64,000 nt of DNA from an uncultured Bacilli bacterium (GTDB taxonomy: Bacteria; Bacillota_I; Bacilli_A; RF39; UBA660). A model generated the notes under the pieces. That model saw only the letters and a list, made by a program, of their open reading frames with translations, was not told where the DNA came from and ran no database searches. The stretch spans positions 27,148-91,147 of the forward strand of contig CAKPCU010000001.1 in the NCBI GenBank assembly GCA_934148015.1, in the 5' to 3' direction. Shown here one piece after another: positions 50,746 through 60,853 of this stretch; position 1 is the first letter of the stretch, and each line of letters begins with the position of its first letter. The position numbers were made by a program, and so were the translations under genes.

Positions 50746-52368
50746 ATGGCTTATCAAACATTATATAGAAAATATAGACCAAAATCATTTGAATTAGTAT
50801 TTGGTCAAAATACAATAACAAAAACTTTAACAAACATAATAAAAAATAATAAGCTATCACACGCATATTTATTTACTGGTCCTAGAGGAACTGGTAAAAC
50901 AAGCTGTGCTAAGTTATTTGCAAAAGCAATAAATTGTCTTAATAATAAAGATGGCGATGCATGTAATAAATGTGCAAATTGTATAACTTATAATGAAAAC
51001 AGTAACCCTGATATTATTGAAATAGATGCCGCTTCTAATAATGGTGTAGATGAAATAAGAGAAATTAGAAATAAAGTTAACCTAGTTCCTTCTATATCTA
51101 AATATAAAGTATATATAATTGATGAGGTTCATATGCTATCGATAGGAGCATTTAATGCGTTGTTAAAAACATTAGAAGAACCACCAGAATATATAGTCTT
51201 TATATTAGCAACCACTGAACCACAAAAAATTCCAGCTACTATAATTTCAAGATGTCAAAGATTTGATTTTAAAAATATATTTCCAGAAGAAATGAAAAAA
51301 TGTCTAGAAAGAATAGTAAATGAAGAAAAAATAGGAATAGAAGATGATGCATTAAGTGAAATAATAACAAATTCAAATGGTGGAATGAGAGATGCAATAG
51401 GAATGTTAGATCAAGCTTTTGCATTTTGTGATAAAAAAATAACAAAAAATGATATTGAAGACTTGTATGGAACTATATCTAATGATGAAATAATACAATT
51501 TTTAAATGATATTAAATCAAATAATTATGAAAACATTCTTTTAAAAACAAATAAATGGTACGAAAATGGTAAAGATTTTATACTATTAACGCAAAAAATA
51601 CTAATTTTTTTGCAAAACGGTATAATAAGTAAAAAGACAAAGAAAAAATGTGATAATAATTCACAAATATATTATGACAAAAATACAGATTCATATTTAT
51701 ACGAATTAATCGATGATTTTTCTGAAATATTATCGAAACTTCAATTAAATTTTCAAAAAAAGATAATTTTTGAAATAAATATAATTAAATTAATTGATAA
51801 AAATTCTAATAGTAATGTTTCACGTGAAACATCAAAAGAAAATAAAAATATTATTAAAGATAATGTTTCACGTGAAACATTACAAGATGAAAATATAAAT
51901 TTAAAAAATAAAATACATGAATTAAATTCAATTAGAATAAATAATATTATTTTAAAATCAAAAAGAGAAGAATTATTATACGTGGATGATAAATGGAAAA
52001 AATTAAATGAATATTTGTTGAATGAAAACTACAAAAAAATTATAAGCATGTTATTAAATGGAAAACCAATTGCTGCTTCAGAAGAAGGAATAATTGTTAG
52101 TGTTCAAACTGAACTTTTAGCAAAAAAACTAACCGAAAATTATGATATAGTTAAAAAAATACTAAATGAATTGTTTTTAAAAAAATATAAGGTGGTTTTT
52201 GTTAGTGAAGAATGGTGGCAGAAACAAAGACCAATATTTGTTGAAAAAATGAGAAATAAAAAAATGAATTATTTAGAAGAAAATGATATAATAAATGAGA
52301 TAAAAAAAGAAACAGAAAAAAAATCTGTTAATCAATTTGATGAATTGATAGAAATGGAGGCAAAATAA
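50746..52368 (+). CDS. dnaX: DNA polymerase III subunits gamma/tau
   Basis: 540 aa; AAA+ GPRGTGKTS, zinc module CNKCANC, sensor motifs; low-complexity linker 51780..51900 containing two parS palindromes. Confidence 0.95.
   Translation: MAYQTLYRKYRPKSFELVFGQNTITKTLTNIIKNNKLSHAYLFTGPRGTGKTSCAKLFAKAINCLNNKDGDACNKCANCITYNENSNPDIIEIDAASNNGVDEIREIRNKVNLVPSISKYKVYIIDEVHMLSIGAFNALLKTLEEPPEYIVFILATTEPQKIPATIISRCQRFDFKNIFPEEMKKCLERIVNEEKIGIEDDALSEIITNSNGGMRDAIGMLDQAFAFCDKKITKNDIEDLYGTISNDEIIQFLNDIKSNNYENILLKTNKWYENGKDFILLTQKILIFLQNGIISKKTKKKCDNNSQIYYDKNTDSYLYELIDDFSEILSKLQLNFQKKIIFEINIIKLIDKNSNSNVSRETSKENKNIIKDNVSRETLQDENINLKNKIHELNSIRINNIILKSKREELLYVDDKWKKLNEYLLNENYKKIISMLLNGKPIAASEEGIIVSVQTELLAKKLTENYDIVKKILNELFLKKYKVVFVSEEWWQKQRPIFVEKMRNKKMNYLEENDIINEIKKETEKKSVNQFDELIEMEAK
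51816..51831. promoter_or_regulatory. parS site inside dnaX coding sequence (perfect)
   Basis: TGTTTCACGTGAAACA within AATGTTTCACGTGAAACAT; encodes NVSRET. Confidence 0.7.
51864..51879. promoter_or_regulatory. second parS site inside dnaX coding sequence (perfect), 48 bp from the first
   Basis: TGTTTCACGTGAAACA within AATGTTTCACGTGAAACAT; encodes a second NVSRET. Confidence 0.7.
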
Positions 52369-52369
52369 T

Positions 52370-52669
52370 ATGAATTATCAATCATTACTAAAACAAGCAC
52401 AGTCAATGCAAAAGAAGATGATGGAAACAAAATCTAAAATAGATTCTACAATTTTTGAAGGGAAATCAGAATTAGTTACCGTAAATATTAATGGTAAAAG
52501 AGAAGTAATATCAGTTAAAATAAAAGAAGATGCTGACCTAAATAACGATGATAAAGAAATACTAGAAGATATGGTTATGATTGCTGTTAATGATGCATTA
52601 CATAAAATAGAAAAGGAAATAGAAACAAAACTTGGAAGTCAAGCTGGCGGATTGAGTGGACTTTTCTAA
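52370..52669 (+). CDS. ybaB: nucleoid-associated protein YbaB/EbfC
   Basis: 99 aa; MNYQSLLKQAQSMQKKMME...; conserved position after dnaX. Confidence 0.9.
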   Translation: MNYQSLLKQAQSMQKKMMETKSKIDSTIFEGKSELVTVNINGKREVISVKIKEDADLNNDDKEILEDMVMIAVNDALHKIEKEIETKLGSQAGGLSGLF

Positions 52670-52681
52670 AATAAGATATAA

Positions 52682-53281
52682 ATGGGATATCCAAAAACAT
52701 TAGAAAATTTAATAGAATCATTAAAATTGCTACCTGGGGTTGGACAAAAAACAGCCGAAAGGTATGCTTTTTCTATGATTAAGCTAAATGAAGATAAATT
52801 ATTAAGTTTAAGTACAGCAATAAAAAATATAAATGATCAAATTACCACATGCCCTAATTGTGGATGTTTATGTGAAACGAACAAATGTTTGAATTGCTCT
52901 GGCGATAACAAAAATATAGACATAATATGTGTTGTGGAAAATCAAAAAAATGTGTTTATATTTGAAAAATTAGGACTTAATGGTATTAAATATCATGTTT
53001 TAGGTGGATTAATATCACCTATGGATGGTATTAATCCAGAAGATATTACAATAAATAAATTATTAAATAGAATAGAAGAAGAAAAAATAAAAGAAATAAT
53101 TTTAGCCTTAAGACCAGGAATAGAAGGTACTACTACATCATTATATATAACAAAATTATTAAAAGAAAAAAATGTTAAAGTAACTCAAATAGCACAAGGC
53201 GTTCCAATAGGAACAGATATGGAATATTTGGATAATTTAACATTAGAAATGGCATTAGAAAACCGTAGTGAAATAGCATAA
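52682..53281 (+). CDS. recR: recombination protein RecR
   Basis: 199 aa; HhH LPGVGQKTAERYAF, C4 zinc finger CPNCGCLCETNKCLNC, Toprim domain. Confidence 0.95.
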   Translation: MGYPKTLENLIESLKLLPGVGQKTAERYAFSMIKLNEDKLLSLSTAIKNINDQITTCPNCGCLCETNKCLNCSGDNKNIDIICVVENQKNVFIFEKLGLNGIKYHVLGGLISPMDGINPEDITINKLLNRIEEEKIKEIILALRPGIEGTTTSLYITKLLKEKNVKVTQIAQGVPIGTDMEYLDNLTLEMALENRSEIA

Positions 53282-53320
53282 AAATATTTTTAAATTCATA
53301 TTTTCTAATAGAGGTGAAAT

Positions 53321-53509
53321 ATGTTAAAAATATTGTTAAAAATCGTAAGAAAATTTATTATAGGAATAATTTTATTATTTGGTTATAATATTTTTCTTTC
53401 ATCACTAAATTTATTAATACCAATAAACGTAATAACAATTTTAGTAGCAAGTTTATTTGATGTACCTGGTGTAATTGGATTAGCACTTTTTTTACTTTTT
53501 AATTTTTAA
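53321..53509 (+). CDS. bofA: pro-sigma-K processing inhibitor BofA-like small membrane protein
   Basis: 62 aa, 2 TM; LLIPINVITILVASLFDVPGVIGLALF resembles BofA LHVPINLVTTAISGILGIPGIAALV; RBS GAGGTG; located after recR as bofA is in Bacillus. Confidence 0.55.
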   Translation: MLKILLKIVRKFIIGIILLFGYNIFLSSLNLLIPINVITILVASLFDVPGVIGLALFLLFNF

Positions 53510-53522
53510 ATGGAGTTAAAAC

Positions 53523-54443
53523 ATGGAAGAAATAATAAAGAATCAACCAATATTAAATAAATTGCTTAATAATATTAAAAATGGTGGAAAAATAACACAG
53601 TCATACTTATTATCTGGAAATGATAAAAAAAAATTAGAAGATGTATCCATTTTACTTTCAAAGGTTTTACTTTGTGAAAATAAATATGAATCAAATTGTA
53701 CTAAATGTAATGTTTGTAGACAAATAGATAGTGAAAATTACAATGAATTAATTAAAATAAAACCAGTAAATGATACAATAAAAAAAGAAGAAATTATTAA
53801 GCTAAAAGAGAGATTTAAAACAGAATCATTAGAAGGAAAATATCAAATTTATATAATATATGATGTAGATTTATTAAATCAATCTGCAGCTAATTCTTTG
53901 CTTAAATTTTTAGAAGAACCTGATAGTAATAATATAGCAATATTTACGACTACCAATTTAAATTCTGTTATAGGTACTATTATATCAAGGTGTCAGATTA
54001 TAAAATTAAATGCTGATTCCTCAACTTTAAATGAAGAATTGGTTAAAGATATGAGTATGCTAGACGATGATAATATTAAATTAGTAATAGAATACTTTTT
54101 TGATTTAGAAAATAATAGTTGCAAGGCTTTAACAAATCTAAAAGAAAAATTCTTAAGCGTATTTAATACAAAGGAATTGGTAAAATCAGCATTATATGTA
54201 CTTGTACTCTTATATAAAGATATGTTAAATTATAAGATATTTAATAAGTTATATTATTTTAAAAATGAAACAGGAATTATTAATATTTCAAATAAAAATA
54301 GTAAAGAAAGTATAATAAAAAAGATGTCATTAGTTTTAGAAAATTTAGAAAAATTAAAGTATAATGTTAATATGACATTATTTATGACAAATTTAGTAAT
54401 AGAAATAGGAGATAGTGATAATGGTAAAGGTAGTAGGAATTAG
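53523..54443 (+). CDS. holB: DNA polymerase III subunit delta'
   Basis: 306 aa; degenerate AAA+ (YLLSGNDKKK), Cys cluster CTKCNVCRQ, sensor SRCQ. Confidence 0.8.
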   Translation: MEEIIKNQPILNKLLNNIKNGGKITQSYLLSGNDKKKLEDVSILLSKVLLCENKYESNCTKCNVCRQIDSENYNELIKIKPVNDTIKKEEIIKLKERFKTESLEGKYQIYIIYDVDLLNQSAANSLLKFLEEPDSNNIAIFTTTNLNSVIGTIISRCQIIKLNADSSTLNEELVKDMSMLDDDNIKLVIEYFFDLENNSCKALTNLKEKFLSVFNTKELVKSALYVLVLLYKDMLNYKIFNKLYYFKNETGIINISNKNSKESIIKKMSLVLENLEKLKYNVNMTLFMTNLVIEIGDSDNGKGSRN

Positions 54444-55221
54444 TTTTTTACCAGGTGGAAGAATTTATTATTTTTCACCAGGAAAAAACAAAATAAAAAA
54501 AGAAGAACATGCTATTGTTGAAACAGAAAGAGGTCTTCAAATTGGTCAAGCTCAAACTGATATAATAGATATAGAAGAAGATAAAGTATTTATGCCTCTT
54601 AAAGATGTTATTAGAGTAGCTACAAAAAAAGATATAGAAATAAATAATAAAAACCTTATCGATGCAAATAAAGCATTAGAGTTTGCTAAAAAGTTAGTTG
54701 AAAAAGAAAATATAGATATGAAGCTATTTGAAGCTACGTATACCTTTGATAGAAAAAAATTAATTTTTAAATTTATTGCAGATGAAAGAGTTGATTTTAG
54801 AGAATTAGCAAAGCTTTTAGCCTCCAAATATAAAACTAGAATAGAATTAAGGCAAATAGGCGTTAGAGATAAAGCAAAGGAAATAGGTGGGTTAGGTCCT
54901 TGTGGAAGACCACTATGTTGTAGTGAATTTTTAACAAATTTTAATAGTGTTTCTATAAATATGGCTAAAAATCAAGGAATAGCTCTTAATCCTACAAAAA
55001 TTAATGGAGCTTGTGGTAGGTTACTTTGTTGTCTTGGATATGAGGATTCTACATATACAGAGTATAAAAAAGAACTTCCAAAAATAGGACAATTTATTGA
55101 AAAAAACGGATATGAGGGAAGAGTAACAGAATTAGATGTACTAAATAAATCATATAAAATAAAAAATGATGAAGGAAATGAACATATAATAGTGGTAGAG
55201 GATAATGGAAGTAGTAAATGA
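54415..55221 (+). CDS. yaaT: PSP1-domain stage 0 sporulation protein YaaT/RicT
   Basis: 268 aa; PSP1 C-terminal domain with CGRPLCCSEF and CGRLLCCLGYE motifs. Confidence 0.85.
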   Translation: MIMVKVVGISFLPGGRIYYFSPGKNKIKKEEHAIVETERGLQIGQAQTDIIDIEEDKVFMPLKDVIRVATKKDIEINNKNLIDANKALEFAKKLVEKENIDMKLFEATYTFDRKKLIFKFIADERVDFRELAKLLASKYKTRIELRQIGVRDKAKEIGGLGPCGRPLCCSEFLTNFNSVSINMAKNQGIALNPTKINGACGRLLCCLGYEDSTYTEYKKELPKIGQFIEKNGYEGRVTELDVLNKSYKIKNDEGNEHIIVVEDNGSSK

Positions 55222-55930
55222 TTTATTAAACTATGATAATATTAAAATAGTTCAAAATTCAGATTGGTTTAGTTTTTCTTTAGATTCAGTATTATTAGCT
55301 AATTTTGTACATGTTAATAATAAAATGAGGATAATGGATTTTTGCTGTGGCAATGCACCAATTCCGCTTATTTTAAGTACTAAGACAAATTCAAAAATTA
55401 CTGGTGTAGAAATTCAAAAAGAGGTATTTTCTCTAGCTATTAAAAGTGTTAGACTTAATAACAAAGAAAAACAAATAGAAATAATAAATGAGGATGTTAA
55501 AAATCTACATAATATATATGAAACAGATTCATTTGATCTAATTACCTGCAATCCACCATATTTTAAATATAAGAATAGTAGTAATATAAATAATAACAAT
55601 ACTAAAGCTTTAGCAAGACATGAATTGTCACTTGCTTTAGAAGATGTATTTAAAACTGCAAAAAAAATATTGAAAAATAATGGTAAATTGGTCATAGTGC
55701 ATAGAACTGAAAGATTAATAGATATTATATGTTTGATGAGAAAATATAATTTAGAACCTAAAAGAATAAGATTTATACAACCATTTTCTAATTCAAATTC
55801 CAATTTAGTTTTAATAGAAGCATCTAAAAATGGTAATGCAGGACTAAAAATAGAAAGTAATTTAATAGTACATGATGAAAATAATAATTACACAGAAGAA
55901 GTACTAGAAATGTTTAATAATAAGAAATAG
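55205..55930 (+). CDS. tRNA (adenine37-N6)-methyltransferase-like SAM MTase (YabB/TrmN6 family)
   Basis: 241 aa; SAM motif IMDFCCGNAPI, catalytic CNPPYFKY. Confidence 0.75.
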   Translation: MEVVNDLLNYDNIKIVQNSDWFSFSLDSVLLANFVHVNNKMRIMDFCCGNAPIPLILSTKTNSKITGVEIQKEVFSLAIKSVRLNNKEKQIEIINEDVKNLHNIYETDSFDLITCNPPYFKYKNSSNINNNNTKALARHELSLALEDVFKTAKKILKNNGKLVIVHRTERLIDIICLMRKYNLEPKRIRFIQPFSNSNSNLVLIEASKNGNAGLKIESNLIVHDENNNYTEEVLEMFNNKK

Positions 55931-55941
55931 TGGAGGAGTAT

Positions 55942-56517
55942 ATGAAGATAAAATTAGTGGTTGGACTAGGTAATCCAGGAAAACAATATGAAAATACAAG
56001 ACATAACATGGGATTTAAAACTCTTGATATAATTGCACAAAAATTAGAAGTGTATAAATGGAAAGAAAGAGATGGGGCTTTATATTTTGATTGTTTTTAT
56101 GATATGTGTAGAGTTATCTTTTTAAAGCCTCAAGAATTTATTAATTTATCAGGTGATTCAGTTAAAAGATTTGTTGATTTTTTTGATATAAAAATAGATG
56201 ATATAGTAGTTATTAGTGATGATTTAGATTTGCCTATAGGAAGTATAAAATTAAAGGAAAAGGGTTCATCTGGTGGGCATAATGGTTTAAAAAACATAGA
56301 AGCAAGATTAGGGACAAACGAATATAAGAGAATAAAAATAGGTATATCAAATGATAAAGATATGGATACTAAAGACTATGTTTTAGGAAAACTATCTCAA
56401 AAAGAAAAGAAAGATTTAGAACCAGTTCTAGAAAAAGCAGCTAATGCAGCTTTAGAATCTATTTCACATCCATTTCAAGAATTAATGAGCAAATATAATA
56501 CCAAAATAAAAAATTAG
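55942..56517 (+). CDS. pth: peptidyl-tRNA hydrolase
   Basis: MKIKLVVGLGNPGKQYENTRHNMGF...; track ORF extended by 4 upstream codons. Confidence 0.9.
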   Translation: MKIKLVVGLGNPGKQYENTRHNMGFKTLDIIAQKLEVYKWKERDGALYFDCFYDMCRVIFLKPQEFINLSGDSVKRFVDFFDIKIDDIVVISDDLDLPIGSIKLKEKGSSGGHNGLKNIEARLGTNEYKRIKIGISNDKDMDTKDYVLGKLSQKEKKDLEPVLEKAANAALESISHPFQELMSKYNTKIKN

Positions 56518-56523
56518 AAATAG

Positions 56524-59500
56524 GTGATTATGTTGTTTAATGATATTTTTAAACATAAAATATTAAATACAAATGATAATGTTACTGTATTGGGATTAAA
56601 TAAAGAAATTCAAGCAAGTTATGTTTGGAATCTTTTTTGTGTTGCAAATAAAAATATACTTATAGTTACAAATACTTTATACGAAGCTAATTTCTTGTAC
56701 AAAAAGCTTGGATTATATGATGAAGAAAAAGTATTTTTATTTCCAATGGATGATTTTTTAGTTAGTGAAGCAATCGCTATTTCACCTGATTTAATGCTTA
56801 AAAGAATAGAAGTTTTAAATGAATTATCAAGTAATGAAACACCTAGAATAGTTATCACAAATCTTATGGGATATTTAAGATTTTTACCTGATAAAAATTT
56901 ATGGAAGACACTAAACATAGATTTAGAAAAAAATAAGGTAATAAATAGAGATGAACTAATAAAAAAATTAAATATTATAGGATACAAAAAAGATAGTATT
57001 GTAACTAAAACTGGTGAATACGCAAATAGAGGCTACATATTAGATATATTTCCATATGGTTTAGATAATCCTGTTAGAATAGAGTTTTTTGATAACCAAA
57101 TAGATAGCATACGTGAATTTAATCCATCTACGCAGTTATCACTAGAATCCATAGACCATGTTAAAATACTTCCATTTACTGAGTTTATAAATGAAAAACA
57201 AATAGAAGATATTCCAAATAGACAAAGTCTTTTGCCTAGAGTTGTTAATAAAATAAGTTCAATTAATAATTATTTAAATGATAACTTTACTATATATTTA
57301 GATTTAGATGATATAAAAATGTCTTATAAAAATATAGTAAATGAAGTAGTAGAATTTAAAGAAACTGATTCATTTAAAATTGATAAATATATGCATGATT
57401 TAAATAGTTTAGTTTCAAGTAAATATATAAATATTTTAAAACTAGATAACTATGATAAAAAGTATGATAACTTAGAAATATATAATTCTAGAACAATAGA
57501 AAATTTTAATGGTAATTACGAGAGAATTAATAGTTTTTTAATGAAAATGATTAAAGAAAAGAAAAAAGTAATAGTTTGTTTAACTGATAAACATATAATT
57601 TCTGATTTTATAAGTAGGACTCCTATTAAAACAGTAATTACATCATTAAATGATATAAAAGATGATACTATAAATATTGTAAGTGATAACATACCAAATG
57701 GTTTTATATTAAATGATATAGTTTGTCTTACTAGAAATGAATTATATAAATCAAATTATGTAATTAATTATAGAAGTAAATTTAGATATGGTGCAAAAAT
57801 AAGAGATATTAATAAACTTAAAGTAGGTGATTATGTAGTTCATGCAAGTCATGGTATAGGTAGATATCTTGGAATTGTTACTTTAACTGTAAAAGGACTT
57901 AAAAAAGACTTTCTTCATCTTGAGTATAAAGATGGTGATAAACTATATATTCCTGCTTCTAAAATAGAATATATTAGTAAATATTCATCTAATGAAGGCG
58001 CTAAACCAAGACTTAATAAATTAGGTGGAACTGATTGGGCAAAGCAAAAGGCAAGAGTAAAAGGTAAGGTTAAAGATATAGCGGCTGAACTTCTTAGTAC
58101 TTCTGCTAAAAGAAAATTAGTTAAGGGATTTGCTTTTTTTGCTGATGATGAAGAACAAATAATGTTTGAAAATAAATTTCCATATGATGAAACAAAAGAT
58201 CAATTAAAAGCTATTGGTGAAATAAAAGAAGATATGGAGCAGCCACATCCTATGGATAGGTTGTTATGTGGTGATGTAGGTTATGGTAAAACAGAAGTTG
58301 CATTTAGAGCTATTTTTAAAGCTATAAAATCAGGTAAACAGGTAGCATTTTTATGTCCAACTACAATATTATCAAAACAACATTATGATAACGCTGTGGA
58401 GAGATTTGAGGGGTTTGGTGTTAATATAAGAATGCTAAATAGATTCGTAAGTCTAAAACAAAAAGAAATAATTTTAGAAGAATTAAAGTCTGGTAAAATA
58501 GACTTAATAATTGGTACACATAGATTATTAAGTAAGGATATAGTTTATAAAGATTTAGGATTATTAGTAGTTGATGAAGAACAAAGATTTGGTGTTACTC
58601 ATAAAGAAAAAATAAAAGAGTATAAAGAAAATATAGATGTTTTAACTCTTTCGGCAACACCTATACCTAGAACTCTTCAAATGTCTCTTACTGGTGTTAG
58701 AGGCCTTTCTTTAATAGAAACACCACCAGCTTTTAGATATCCTATACAAACTTATGTATTAAAAGAAAATGATCAAATAATAAAAGATGCAATATATAAA
58801 GAACTTGCACGAGATGGACAAGTGTTTTTACTATACAACAAGGTTTCTGATATAGAAAATCAGGTTATTAGAATAAAAAAACTTGTACCAGAAGCTAAAA
58901 TAACTTATATACATGGAAGAATGAATAAAGAACAAATAGAAAAAACAATGGAAAGCTTTGTTAATAGAGAATATAATCTTCTTATTTGTACTACAATAAT
59001 AGAAACTGGAATAGATATAGAAAATGCCAATACTTTAATAGTTTTAGATGCAGATCATTTTGGACTTAGTCAGTTATACCAAATAAGGGGAAGAATAGGA
59101 AGAGGAAAATTAATTGCGTATGCTTATTTAATGTATAAAAGTAATAAAGAGTTAAATGATATAGCAGTTAAAAGATTAGATGCTATAAAAGAATTTACAG
59201 AGCTTGGTAGTGGTTATGCATTAGCAGTACGTGATTTAGCAATAAGAGGTGCTGGGGATATATTAGGTTCAGAGCAATCTGGATTTATAGATACAATTGG
59301 TTATGATATGTATTTAAAAATATTAAATGAAGAAGTAGAAAGATTAAAAAATAATGGTACTTATGAAGAGTATGAAAAAGAAGAAGAAAAAGAAATAGAC
59401 GAAAAACCATTTATAGAAGTTGCAACTCATATTAGTGATAAATATGCTGATAGTGAAGATTTAAAAATAGAAATTCATAAAAAAATAAATACAATAAGTA

Positions 59501-59841
59501 ATTACGATTCATTTATTAAGATAAAAGATGAGTTAACTGATAGATTTGGAGTATTAGATGAAGAGATAGTTATATATATGTTAGAAGAATTATTTCAAAG
59601 TAATGCTAAGAAAAAAGGAATATTTAAAGTAGATCAAACAAATAAAGAAATAACTGTTTACTTTACAAGTGAAGTATCTAAAAGACAAGATGGTTCTAAT
59701 TTATTAGTATCGTTATTTAAAATAAATCCTAATTTTTCTGTTAAATATATTAACAGTATTTTAAGAATATCACTTGATATTACAGATATTGATAAACACT
59801 TTTTATATTATTTAGTTAAAATGCTTGATGTAATTGAATAA
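56524..59841 (+). CDS. mfd: transcription-repair coupling factor
   Basis: 1105 aa; UvrB-homology N-terminus, RNAP-interaction domain, SF2 helicase motifs GDVGYGKTEVA, DEEQRFG, TRG region. Confidence 0.95.
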   Translation: MIMLFNDIFKHKILNTNDNVTVLGLNKEIQASYVWNLFCVANKNILIVTNTLYEANFLYKKLGLYDEEKVFLFPMDDFLVSEAIAISPDLMLKRIEVLNELSSNETPRIVITNLMGYLRFLPDKNLWKTLNIDLEKNKVINRDELIKKLNIIGYKKDSIVTKTGEYANRGYILDIFPYGLDNPVRIEFFDNQIDSIREFNPSTQLSLESIDHVKILPFTEFINEKQIEDIPNRQSLLPRVVNKISSINNYLNDNFTIYLDLDDIKMSYKNIVNEVVEFKETDSFKIDKYMHDLNSLVSSKYINILKLDNYDKKYDNLEIYNSRTIENFNGNYERINSFLMKMIKEKKKVIVCLTDKHIISDFISRTPIKTVITSLNDIKDDTINIVSDNIPNGFILNDIVCLTRNELYKSNYVINYRSKFRYGAKIRDINKLKVGDYVVHASHGIGRYLGIVTLTVKGLKKDFLHLEYKDGDKLYIPASKIEYISKYSSNEGAKPRLNKLGGTDWAKQKARVKGKVKDIAAELLSTSAKRKLVKGFAFFADDEEQIMFENKFPYDETKDQLKAIGEIKEDMEQPHPMDRLLCGDVGYGKTEVAFRAIFKAIKSGKQVAFLCPTTILSKQHYDNAVERFEGFGVNIRMLNRFVSLKQKEIILEELKSGKIDLIIGTHRLLSKDIVYKDLGLLVVDEEQRFGVTHKEKIKEYKENIDVLTLSATPIPRTLQMSLTGVRGLSLIETPPAFRYPIQTYVLKENDQIIKDAIYKELARDGQVFLLYNKVSDIENQVIRIKKLVPEAKITYIHGRMNKEQIEKTMESFVNREYNLLICTTIIETGIDIENANTLIVLDADHFGLSQLYQIRGRIGRGKLIAYAYLMYKSNKELNDIAVKRLDAIKEFTELGSGYALAVRDLAIRGAGDILGSEQSGFIDTIGYDMYLKILNEEVERLKNNGTYEEYEKEEEKEIDEKPFIEVATHISDKYADSEDLKIEIHKKINTISNYDSFIKIKDELTDRFGVLDEEIVIYMLEELFQSNAKKKGIFKVDQTNKEITVYFTSEVSKRQDGSNLLVSLFKINPNFSVKYINSILRISLDITDIDKHFLYYLVKMLDVIE

Positions 59842-59884
59842 ATTGTTAATTTTTATACATTCTAAAAAAGAAGGGAAGAAATGT

Positions 59885-60382
59885 ATGAAAACAACAGGAA
59901 TAACAAGAAGAATGGATGAATTAGGTAGAGTAGTTATACCTAAAGAAATTAGAAAAAATATGCATATAAAACCAGGAGAATTACTAGAAATATCACTTAA
60001 TTCACCTAGTGAAATAACTCTTAGAAAGTATTCTTTTATAAATAAAGATTATGGTTTAATAAATGATTTAATACTAAGTATATCAAATATTATTAATTGT
60101 GATATTATTTTAATAAATACAAGTGAAGTAGTATTTTCTACCAATGATAAATATAAGGGTGAAGTAATAATAGATGATATTAATGATAAGGTTGATAGTA
60201 TGTATTTAAAGATAAATAAAAGTGCATCTATTAAACAACCCTTTGAAGTATATAAAATAATGCCTAACGGCGATTTAGAAGGATACGTAATATTTGATTT
60301 TAAATATAGCATTACTGAAAAAGATAAAGTATTAGTGGATTTCTTAGTGTTATTTTTAAATAGTTATTTTGAAAGTAATTAA
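59885..60382 (+). CDS. spoVT: stage V sporulation protein T (AbrB-type N-domain + GAF-like C-domain)
   Basis: MKTTGITRRMDELGRVVIPKEIRKNMHIKPGELLEI (swapped-hairpin AbrB fold) plus about 120-aa C-terminal domain; follows mfd as in Bacillus. Track ORF has 17 extra N-terminal codons. Confidence 0.8.
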   Translation: MKTTGITRRMDELGRVVIPKEIRKNMHIKPGELLEISLNSPSEITLRKYSFINKDYGLINDLILSISNIINCDIILINTSEVVFSTNDKYKGEVIIDDINDKVDSMYLKINKSASIKQPFEVYKIMPNGDLEGYVIFDFKYSITEKDKVLVDFLVLFLNSYFESN

Positions 60383-60503
60383 TGTAAAGTTTTGTCTAAT
60401 TTTGTAATAATTTGTAAATATAGTTTACTACTTGTAATTATATGTGTTATATTTTAATTGTTGTGCAGAAGTAAAAAATTCTTATGAAAGGAAAAAAGAA
60501 ACT

Positions 60504-60680
60504 ATGCACCGAGTTGAAAATAGTAGTAAAAGATTTTTATTAGAAATAATATTTTTCTTACTTCTATTATTTTGTACAATTTTTATATATTTTGAAAATT
60601 ATATGATAATAGATGCAATGTATTTTACAGCAGTGTTAGTATTACTCATTAGATTTATATTTTTGAAATTATATCATTAA
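60504..60680 (+). CDS. possible small membrane protein (uncertain)
   Basis: 58 aa from MHRVENSSKRF..., RBS-like GGAAAAAAG upstream; two hydrophobic helices. Confidence 0.25.
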   Translation: MHRVENSSKRFLLEIIFFLLLLFCTIFIYFENYMIIDAMYFTAVLVLLIRFIFLKLYH

Positions 60681-60853
60681 TCAAAAGATTATGATATAAT
60701 TTTTTGTATATAAGAAAAGTGAAATAAAATTAAAAATAAATGATAAAAACTAAAAGAACATTATGGTGGATATTACATAAATTTAATTATATTTAAAATA
60801 AAAATTTGAAACTTATTAATTTTTGTTCTTTTGTTATAATGGAGGTGTCATAT

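Noticed and set aside
54552-56987. Minus-strand ORFs within yaaT, yabB and mfd
   Set aside because: Shadow ORFs.
60806-60840. TTGAAA ... TATAAT promoter-like elements upstream of tatD
   Set aside because: Spacer is 23 nt, far from the 17 nt optimum; not reported as a promoter.
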